Source of the DNA: Candidatus Parvarchaeota archaeon
GTDB taxonomy: Archaea > Nanobdellota > Nanobdellia > WJKC01
Length of the DNA: 64,000 nt
Reading direction: 5' to 3'
Assembly (NCBI GenBank): GCA_030615175.1
Contig: JAUWZX010000001.1
Span: 62,566-126,565 of the forward strand
Position numbers and translations under genes: made by a program. Below the pieces are notes generated by a model, which did no database searches, was not told where the DNA came from, and saw only the letters and a program-made list of their open reading frames with translations. Positions 17,301 to 24,200 of the stretch are shown here, one piece after another; the first letter of the stretch is position 1; each line of letters starts with the position of its first letter.

Positions 17301-20300
17301 TCAGACCACTTCCTGATAAGCACACAATCAACATAAAACCTAAAAACACTGCCGTCAAAAATAACCTTCCAATGCTGGCCAAAAGCCCCGGCAACAGTAA
17401 CGCCATCAACCTGATAATCACCACTAAGCCTTCGTATGTAATTCCCGCCAACCAGAATGCCATGCTCGCTCCCGTCATTCAATATATCAACCTCGAGCTC
17501 GAAAGGCTCGCCAGAACCAATATCCTCAATCAAAGTCAAATAAGTGTCAGCGCTGCCAGAAGAATTAGACCATAACTCGCCGTCAGTAACACCAACAAGG
17601 CCATCACCCAAAGTAGCAGTCCACACAGGATTACTCGTGTAATCACCATCACTAAAATCATCCCACACGCCGCCAACAGGAGTGTAATTCCCATCAGAAG
17701 TGTTGCTCCTGTAAAAACCATGAGATAACAAACCAGACTGCATATCATTAATAACCTCGCTTTGACTAAGAACACGATTATAAATACGCACTTCATCAAC
17801 AATGCCATTGAAATAGTGTCCAGAACCTGCTGCTGCAGACGCTATAGTTACATCATAAGGATTTGAAACCAAACTAATTGCAGGAGTACTATCTGAACTA
17901 ACTAATAATCCATCAACATACATAACTGCTGTCGTTGCAGAAGCATCCCAAGTCACACTCGCATAATGCCAATCAGTATCATCAAAATCATAAAAAGGAT
18001 CAACACAATTCCCATAAGTTGTATCACAAATATAAAAATTAAGACGACCACTACTCGACCATAATTTCCAACCAACAGTACCATAACTTCCAGTACTCCC
18101 TGTAGCAGCAACAATTGGCTCCCTATACGCTGTAAGATTCTCTGACTTAAACCACACTAAAACAGAAAAATCATTAGCAAGAGAATCCAAATAAGGAATA
18201 TCTTCAACAAGCACAGTATTAGGTGAAACGCCTCCATCAAAACTTAATGCCCCACCATGTTCACCAGTAGTATAAGTTCCACCATTAATACTCCCATCAT
18301 AATCATATATACTGTGGTCTTGAGCCACGCTACCACTACCCTCCTCAAAAGGCAAATACAATAATAAACTGTCATTTCCCTCAACAAAAGTTAAATCCAT
18401 TTCATTATTCACGTTATCAGCAGTCACTGTCAAGTTAGGCGCTGAAGGCCCAGTCCTGTCTAATGTAACATTGCAGACAGTTGAACTCCAATCACTATAA
18501 TGACCCGGACTGCTCTCCACATCCTGTATCCTAACCCTGTAACAATAAACAGTATTATCACTTAAACTGGAATGAGTATAAGACGTGTCAGTACCATAAT
18601 ACCTCTGCGCAGAAGAAGGAGTCGTCTCCTCAACACTATACTCATAACCAGTTGGCGGACTGCCAGACCACGCAATTACCATCTCACCCAAACCAGAATT
18701 CAACGATTCATTATCCTGAAATAAAACAGAATCCAAAGAAGGAGTTGAAAGAGCAGTGCAAAGATAACTACTGCAATACTCACCCGCCGCGCAATCACTA
18801 TCACCACAACAATCACTGCCACTACTACCAACACAAGAACTGGAACAGCAAATACCATCCTGCACGTAATCAGCACCAGACAAACCACTATCACACGAAT
18901 CAGTATCAACACAATTACCGCAACCCTGAGTATAACGATTACTACTAGCAGAATCAACACAAACCTCACCAGACGTTATACAATTAGCATCAGCATCAGT
19001 AACACCACTACCATCATTAACGCAAATACCATCAGCAGAATAAACCCCACTACTAACAGAATTATCACACTGCTTCTCACTAGTCACATCATCATCATCA
19101 CAATCACACTCACTATCAGTCACGACCTCATCAGTACAACAAGAACTGCCACCACAAAGACCATCCCTTAAATAACTCGCGCCAGCAAGAGAACTATCAC
19201 ACTCCCTGCTACCAGAACAACCACTATAATAAGTAGAATCCGCCTTAGAAATCACAGCAGTGTTAGCCCTGCAATCAGTACTAGCGCAAATACCGGCAGC
19301 AGTACCATCAAAAGCACCAACAACCTCACACTTAAGACCAGACGAATCACAACCACACACATCATCACTAGTGCCAAGAGAAGCATCACTGCCATAACTC
19401 ACATCATCAGTGCAAAGAACTCCATCAACACAAGCACGAGTAGAATTATAAAAATTATCACTAGTAGTATCATCACCACAACAAGGATCATTATCACCAG
19501 TAGTAGTGCCAGCAAACCAATCATCCTCACCTGAATTACAAGTTGACTGAGAATCATCAGGCTCACAACTACCACCACAAGTCTCCTCATCACAGCCCTG
19601 ATCCACCCAGGCAGTATAAGAGCAAGTGCAGGAACTAGTGCAAGAACTTGCAGTCCTTGTATACAAGTTACCTGAAGTCAAACCAATGTTCTGACCGCAA
19701 TCACTCGTATAAGTGCAGTCACTAACATTATCACAATCAGCCTCACAATTAGCCTCACTCTGAGTACAAGTACCATCACTCCAACCACTATAAGAACAAG
19801 CACAGGAAGAAGTGCAAGACCTAGTTCTCGTCTGATAAATAGTGCCACTACACTGAGTAAGAGCCTCAGTACAGTCAGTAGCAGAATCACAATCAGCACC
19901 GCAATTAGCCTCACTCTGAGTGCAAGTACCATCAACCCAACTACCATAACTACAAACACAAGCACTAGTGCACGCGCGGGACCTGGTCTGATAAATAGTG
20001 CCACTACACTGAGTAATGGCAGTGCAGTCACCAACAGCATCACACTGAGCGCCACAGGCCTGGGAACACGTCGAAGTACATGAACCGCCAGAACAAGTAT
20101 AAGAACCGCAATCCGCTGTAACACACGTAGAAAAAACGCAAGCTGTTTTCGTACACGAACCAGTCTTCCTAGCACAACTACCACTACATGCTACAGCGCA
20201 GGAAGCACAATACCAAGGAGGGGAAGGAGTCTGTACAGAAGTATAACAACTAGCATACATGGTGTCCTCATTCATGCAAGCATAATTAGTCGAGAAAGCA

Positions 20301-20359
20301 ATGGAAGATAAGGATAGCAAAACTAAAACTACTATTCCTAAACGCGACTTCACCCTCAT
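11387..20359 (-). CDS. giant secreted cysteine-rich surface protein (2990 aa) with Cys-rich modules, FN3, LamG/ConA-like domains and a C-terminal TM anchor
   Basis: Single uninterrupted ORF.
- Signal peptide MRVKSRLGIVVLVLLSLSSIAFS.
- Three CSGTIYQTR..C..C.CSY..W.DG.CTQSEANC modules.
- Four CCG[DE]D modules.
- FN3-like segments (e.g. TSLQVSWSSVSDAGDDYYYYLKS).
- Two Laminin_G_3-type domains (...FNGIVDEVRIYNRVLSQSEV; ...GTIDDARIYNRSLNANEV).
- Many N-x-S/T sequons.
- C-terminus ATDWISILILILLVSYVVYKKA. Confidence 0.85.
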   Translation of the reverse strand: MRVKSRLGIVVLVLLSLSSIAFSTNYACMNEDTMYASCYTSVQTPSPPWYCASCAVACSGSCARKTGSCTKTACVFSTCVTADCGSYTCSGGSCTSTCSQACGAQCDAVGDCTAITQCSGTIYQTRSRACTSACVCSYGSWVDGTCTQSEANCGADCDSATDCTEALTQCSGTIYQTRTRSCTSSCACSYSGWSDGTCTQSEANCEADCDNVSDCTYTSDCGQNIGLTSGNLYTRTASSCTSSCTCSYTAWVDQGCDEETCGGSCEPDDSQSTCNSGEDDWFAGTTTGDNDPCCGDDTTSDNFYNSTRACVDGVLCTDDVSYGSDASLGTSDDVCGCDSSGLKCEVVGAFDGTAAGICASTDCRANTAVISKADSTYYSGCSGSRECDSSLAGASYLRDGLCGGSSCCTDEVVTDSECDCDDDDVTSEKQCDNSVSSGVYSADGICVNDGSGVTDADANCITSGEVCVDSASSNRYTQGCGNCVDTDSCDSGLSGADYVQDGICCSSSCVGSSGSDCCGDSDCAAGEYCSSYLCTALSTPSLDSVLFQDNESLNSGLGEMVIAWSGSPPTGYEYSVEETTPSSAQRYYGTDTSYTHSSLSDNTVYCYRVRIQDVESSPGHYSDWSSTVCNVTLDRTGPSAPNLTVTADNVNNEMDLTFVEGNDSLLLYLPFEEGSGSVAQDHSIYDYDGSINGGTYTTGEHGGALSFDGGVSPNTVLVEDIPYLDSLANDFSVLVWFKSENLTAYREPIVAATGSTGSYGTVGWKLWSSSGRLNFYICDTTYGNCVDPFYDFDDTDWHYASVTWDASATTAVMYVDGLLVSSDSTPAISLVSNPYDVTIASAAAGSGHYFNGIVDEVRIYNRVLSQSEVINDMQSGLLSHGFYRSNTSDGNYTPVGGVWDDFSDGDYTSNPVWTATLGDGLVGVTDGELWSNSSGSADTYLTLIEDIGSGEPFELEVDILNDGSEHGILVGGNYIRRLSGDYQVDGVTVAGAFGQHWKVIFDGSVFRFYVDCVLIRKWSDTSSGVFILKDDRNGVAATKYYYDNFRLTPLIMDNTYSDTGAIDGTVPGTPDAPTVTEASTTSLQVSWSSVSDAGDDYYYYLKSFDESGNVNNLLENSIEAHNYSGTGYNYYLDEDIVTMGSLEVGNIFILEGEVRVDSTRNAAGGTSTVFIWTANTTDSWIKSTSFGTGNTYWTPFHETFTVTEEFEHEIRVGAYHYPDEINDGTTFFRNLRVYKVNATGSNTVTTGVDSYQVDETSSNPGSTDSGWVSSPYVDSGLDCFSQYTYKVRAKDGAANEGSYGSTASAYPINYLTCDSGSAGDGYCASGVTCYYAGTGCPNCDLTSYCTGNVRYYAGVCSDSGCGFSSEDCDTLDGVYSTEYRNYSCSSGSCTYSVIEPDSSKFACEALTHDWINNTNYPGTYSFTDETVGTTGTNIGFIDFIEGGTNVVEVINNWGGHNKVINFTENYYIGNDFSNVVTGTIEFWAWLDDDGSGNYQFMVLVDSNNAADNMQFALHVHAGNYKYQGGSLTDTGVAVSENAWQHHKVVFDCAADTFDWYVDDDLIVNDGAFFDAGDSVDNLRFERTANIVASYIDAVGYSWDSDYSVGDNTYAPCCGDDAASDDFYNGTLSNTTYFCQDGSFTHQSIDFNRTVCEQYSYNWLYNISDGLVAHWRFDESSGTLASDDSGVNDGTVYDASWVSGKYGNALSFDGSGDYIDLSNNLGYTTQVSAFAWFKSEGSPAGGYHIIFGGQELEISIPVSTGELRTGVYTTARFVSNNGSGLTDGNWHHIGFIFDGSTKKSYVDGEYVGEQTGITGSLTYNFANRKIGRHGSSTTYYANGTIDDARIYNRSLNANEVMALYKSSAYSSCCGDDSTSDYFYNDSNAFGSICYYSDYYYTALDQSQSNCEAEGLTWSTTSDYDATYSFSDDAVGATGTDIGFLDGYNNNGGTISIISDFDSHKKVIKYDKDASGDTLQGTNNIGVRTTGTIEFWWGISVNDKRGIFHLRDTSTKAIYLRFDDDGGLKYYDGTWHELLASYSVDHLYHFKLEFDLTTGDPSTNWWKCWIDGDYKGQFVDGFYGDPVSFKYFTLYGYDSSYIMYWDAIGYSWDSDYSTMRNAWARCCGEDTGEDWGGSPKCCCNAVSIPQGVVCDEDEDFITDRVCDFGYYCNSTVTPTFNLSSMMLNPGDTVGINVTSECMPNVVLIKPNFTEVRINMTSCGTNCYNATYELGATGYYHLQAFNGKHGEHNYAMFLVKNLSLVWENEWLSHDSELFKYKVNLSMSHVTNISRINELFNYSYDFPDPAYCNDVNGDGDYNDVEDELGIRVVNVLPTGDYYEVPLMILNATCGADNNLTHADIYFPINMPGNDSPFNRDGNVYALYYTPIGHNVKSYSNGIINETAPTWNVSNSVYRLDLSPTKYQVLSVFDKLGSVHNELDDVTDYGLKTIEYNDTTVTLGELRTATGLTTKLEMTPSVAVHSYNGSVKGSHPAGVNITMPDTYYFMLDENLTFNSGETIDWLKYFEMPLNKTRFTNIVINDSGTVTNYNLSFSIELSSLDWVVFLNNQTHDAIGFFKEKTWGAENNTLYEFNITSSLIKFSYYPIGFQQTAVSAGDSYGGRFYFTVFNNSDHHYKIHENTYLWKKIPVSITQEADEVAFDIMQFTYDDKVDRTGEQMNLTVLVFTTEQAVTAVHLDVNDSAGAEVYSEEFTCENAGRFLYRCNWTYSPLAWDCKDYNAKIYAVSDLGNTTESHYSFSIDDIVGAYHVPSRTLIGTNQTLTADYVLCSGNTSPLDSLNVTMTIDGVLALSTNASRAGHVSYAYENPVVHGSKTFRVLANLSDYWDDYVRTVNIYESHFSLHPESQAYAQGKAGYRSAYLEVRNPTDNPHNYTLTMIPAGITARFVDSESKILSTMIEPGGKAFYYVDVMPVTIGTYSINFQATSESLVDNATLLFTALVQTTYSTGVFNYVMASATDWISILILILLVSYVVYKKA

Positions 20360-20402
20360 AACCTGATTTATTAATTAGGATTCCAAAGTATTTAAATATA
20401 AT

Positions 20403-20747
20403 TCATTGAATAATGCAAGACACGTTTCCCAATAAGAAGACTTCGCAGGCACCTGTTTTGTTAACGCACTCATTAATATACTGCTTCACTTGTGGCTTCA
20501 GCATGAACCAACGGCACTCCTCACAACCAAAAGGATTCCCCAACAATTCCTGGCACAAATCCTGACATTCTGAATAAGATAACGTATCCTCCACATAATA
20601 TGACGCAACCTCCACTCCTGAAGCGTTGGACTCAATACCAGTGAATATAATAGGGAAAAAATAAACAAGAATGAAGAAGATGAACATTAAAAGCGCTATC
20701 GCAGTTATTATAACCATATTAATTGGCAATTTTTGTTTAGCCACCAT
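20403..20747 (-). CDS. small N-terminally anchored Cys-rich protein
   Basis: 114 aa. One TM helix (MVIITAIALLMFIFFILVYFFPIIF), then a roughly 75-aa ectodomain with 8 Cys (CQDLCQ..GCEEC..EC..GAC..SC). Same strand as the two giant genes and lies between them. Confidence 0.5.
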   Translation of the reverse strand: MVAKQKLPINMVIITAIALLMFIFFILVYFFPIIFTGIESNASGVEVASYYVEDTLSYSECQDLCQELLGNPFGCEECRWFMLKPQVKQYINECVNKTGACEVFLLGNVSCIIQ

Positions 20748-20930
20748 GAAATAAATAAAGAAGTATCAGGAATATATAAATATTAAGAATTAAAATAAAA
20801 AAATAATAAATTAGTTGCAACTACTTCATATATCAGTCCTGAAGCCACACTTAATATTAAAGCAATTTTGAGATTGGTATAAACAAAGAACCCTGAATAA
20901 ATATTAATTACTGGTTACGCTAACAATGAA

Positions 20931-21200
20931 GGGCGCATCCTTGGGTTGGCAAGGTAAGCGCTTAAAGGTTTAACTGAACGGGCTCCTCCACCCCGTTGAC
21001 CTGAAAGCACGACTCAACATGCTTAAGGCTGCTTCCTCCCGGATCTGACCCGGTTCACAAGTTGAACCGCCAGACAGGGCGAGGCTTCGCAGAAACCTGA
21101 ACAGGCCCTTAAACCCAAACCAAGTCGTCCCAAGGCATTCAGCCCCACCATAAGGGGGTTTGCGGTAACAGGGAACCCCTAACTCCCCGGCCTAGCACCC
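20931..21200 (-). ncRNA. signal recognition particle RNA (archaeal 7S/SRP RNA)
   Basis: GC-rich non-coding island. The minus strand starts GGGTGCTAGGCCGGGGAGTTAGGGG. It contains the helix-8 signature GGTCAGATCCGGGAGGAAGCAGCC (compare the conserved GGUCCGGAAGGAAGCAGC). The 5' GGGTGC pairs with the 3' GCGCCC, and long helix-5 pairings are visible (CCTTGGG/CCCAAGG, TTTAAGG/CCTTTAA). Ends are approximate to within a few nt. Confidence 0.85.
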
Positions 21201-21222
21201 AAGTAAAGAATTAGTAATTGGG

Positions 21223-21232
21223 ATTTTTAATA
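21223..21232 (-). promoter_or_regulatory. putative TATA box for the SRP RNA gene
   Basis: Minus-strand TATTAAAAAT is centred about 27 nt upstream of the inferred SRP RNA 5' end, which is the canonical archaeal spacing. Confidence 0.35.
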
Positions 21233-21251
21233 CTTTCGGCACATCACAGCC

Positions 21252-24200
21252 CTATCTGCTGCGCTTGCGGTACACAATAAGCGAAGCAAGGATAAGAAGC
21301 AATAGGAAGCTGAAGTAATCAGTAGCTCCTGCAGTGTGAACCCCGAAAAAGCCAGTCTCCTTGGTGAACACTGTTACTTGAAAGCCAATGGAATCAGTGA
21401 TGTTAGGGCATGCGCCAGTGCTCGTGAACGCTAATTGAACGTCGCGCTCGCCAGAGCTTAAAGGAAGCACTGTAAGCCTGATTAACCGCTTAGCGCCTGG
21501 AAGAATTGAAAAAGTTTCGGCATTAAATTCCCTGTTATTAAAAGACTTTTCACCAGTCCTGTAAGTAATTAATAAACCATTATCATAAGATGTTGCAGGA
21601 CTGTACTCAACAGGTATGTTGCCTAGGTTTGTCAAAGTCACTAATACCCTTCCAATCTCATTTAAAGCAACAGGTATTGCAGTAGTAATGCCTGGACTGA
21701 CTGATGAAATATCCAGTGGATTCAATATTGTAAAATTAAAATCCTTTAATAATTCATCCCAGCCGCCAGTCGCAGTAGAGTAAGAACAATTTAATTGCAT
21801 ATTATAAGACTTGCCAAAGTCAGCGCAGCTAAAAGTTCCGAAATCAAAAGTTACTAACCCTGAGTCTCCAACCCTTACAATTGTTGGATTACTAGGGTTT
21901 GGTATGTAACTAAGTGTTGTGTTAAGAATACAGGTTAAGTTCTCAAGCAGTTCATCGCCACTATTTCTTATCAGGAATTCTGTAACGAAGTCGCCTCCCA
22001 AGTAACTGCTGTTAGAATCTGAAGCTGAAATGAATATTCCAGGCAGTCGTCCATTCTCGCATACTGCATCAATATTCCCGTCATTATCAAAGTCGCAGGT
22101 CCCTCCATTATTAATAACAGCGCCATTACAGCAGCAGGTCAGCGTTAAATTGCCAAAGTCATCACTATCCCCGTCATCACCGCAGCACCTACTGCCAGTC
22201 GCTGTTGCACCAGCCAGCCATGTATAACCATAGTACTCGCAAATAGTCTGATTAACATCAATAGCCTGCTCAGTTAAAACACCATCATGACAGAAATAAG
22301 TAGTGGTAGCAAGAGTGCCGTTATAGAAATCATCACTAGCCGTGTCATCACCGCAGCAAGAAGTGTTATTGCCAATAGTTGAACCAGTAAGCCAAGTGTA
22401 ACCACCTGCCTCGCAAAAAGTCTGCCAAGCATCCCTATCACTAGATGGTGAACCATTATAGCACGCGCGACTGGAATTATAGAAATCATCACTAGTCGTG
22501 TCATCACCGCAGCAAGGGCCTTTACTCCCGATGATTCCTGTATTTTCAATAAAAGAAAGAGTGTCATCATAATAATTCGTAACCACAATATCAAGAATTC
22601 CATCTTCATTTAAATCACCTAAAGCAACAAATGATGATTCGGCTCCAGTAGCACCAGTAACTTGAGCGTCAAAAGTGCCGTCACCATTACCAGCAAGGAA
22701 AGAATAAGTATCATCATCATAATTTACAGTAACAATATCAAGATTACCATCATTATTTAAATCACCTAAAGCAATATCTAGAGGATTAGTCCCGACACTA
22801 ATGGTTACTTGAGCATCAAAAGTGCCATCACCATTACCACTAATAAAAGAAACATTATTATCATTATAATTCGCAGTCACAATATCAAGATTACCATCCT
22901 TATCCAAATCACCAATGGCAACACCTATAACCCAATTACCAACAGCACCAGTCACTTGACTATCAAAAGTGCCATCACCATTACCAGCAAGGAAAGAATA
23001 AGTATTATTAGCATTATTTGTAACCACAATATCAAGATTACCATCCTTATCCAAATCACCAATGGCAACACCAAAAGGATTCCATCCAGTAAGAATAGTT
23101 ACTTGAGCATCAAAAGTGCCATCACCATTACCACTAATAAAAGAAACATTATTATCATTATAATTCGCAGTCACAATATCAAGATTACCATCCTTATCTA
23201 AATCACCTAAAGCAAGAAATGCAGGACCACTCCCCGTGGCACCAGTTACTTGAGCGTCAAAAGTGCCGTCACCATTACCACTAATAAAAGAATAAGTATT
23301 ACTAAGACCGTTCGTAACTACAATATCAAGATTACCATCATTATCTAAATCGCCAATGGCAACATCATAAGGTTCGGTTCCAGTAGCACCTGTCACTTGA
23401 GCATCAAAAGTGCCATCACCATTACCAGCAAGGAAAGAATAAGTATCATCATCATAATTCACAGTCACAATATCAAGATTACCATCATTATTCAAATCGC
23501 CAATGGCAACACGCATAGGTGAAACCCCAGTACTGCTCGTTACTTGAGCATCAAAAGTGCCGCCACCAGTAAACCATTCATAACCCTTTAACTCGCACAC
23601 GCCTTGACCGCTCGTGTAATTAATATAGTCTCCAAACCAGTCCTGATAATAATGATGGTCAGCGTCTAAGATAATGCCTCCATAACTGCACATTTGAGAT
23701 GAATTATAGAATATGTCAGTGAAGTCATCATCACCGCAGCACGCATCATTACTGCCAGTAGTGGTGCCGGAAAGCCAGATGTAACCACTTGCCTCGCAGG
23801 CAGTCTGGTTAAAATCAATTGATTGCTCAGTGAAAACGCCATCCTGACAGAAATAAGTAGTGGTAGCAAGAGTGCCATTATAAAAATCATCACTGGCTCC
23901 ATCATCACCACAGCAAGCATCATTATTGCCAGTGGTAGTGCCAGTAAAGTAAATATAACTATACTGCTCGCAAATAGTTTGATTAACATCAATAGCCTGC
24001 TCAGTGAAACTGCCATCCTTACAGAAATAAGTAGTGCTGCCAATAGTGCCATTATAGAAATCATCACTAGCAGCATCATCACCGCAGCAATTAGAGTAAG
24101 CAGATGATTTATACAAAGCAGTTATTTCATCAGCAGAGAGAGCGTGGTTATAAATGCGGATATCATCAATAGTGCCGTTATAAAAGTAAATTGCACCATA

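Noticed and set aside
19678-20184. 168-aa Leu/Val/Arg-rich ORF in an alternative frame of the same strand inside the 2990-aa gene. Similar cases are 27821-28414, 23666-24082, 22274-22609 and 17536-17808.
   Set aside because: These ORFs lie entirely within the long, motif-rich main frame. Their low-complexity hydrophobic translation is what a shifted Cys/Thr/Ser/Gly-rich (TGY/ACN/GGN) coding frame gives. No independent start context or domain is present.
20931-21200. Considered RNase P RNA or a cluster of degenerate tRNAs as the explanation for the GC-rich non-coding island.
   Set aside because: The SRP helix-8 motif (GGTCAGATCCGGGAGGAAGCAGCC) is present, along with 5'/3' end pairing and long helix-5 complementarity. 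RNase P CR-I/CR-V-type motifs are absent. All of this favours SRP RNA.
22809-23201. Antisense ORFs with I/N/T/K-rich repetitive translation inside the 2406-aa gene (also 27168-27650, 24144-24413, 26508-26696, 18652-18948).
   Set aside because: They mirror the tandem coding repeats on the opposite strand. Stop-codon depletion there is a by-product of the biased sense-strand codons.
22545-23565. Regular 147-nt periodicity that at first glance could be taken for a CRISPR-like or satellite array.
   Set aside because: The period is a multiple of three and is in frame within a giant ORF. The units are full-length degenerate protein repeats (FG-GAP blades) with no repeat/spacer alternation. No cas genes are in the window.
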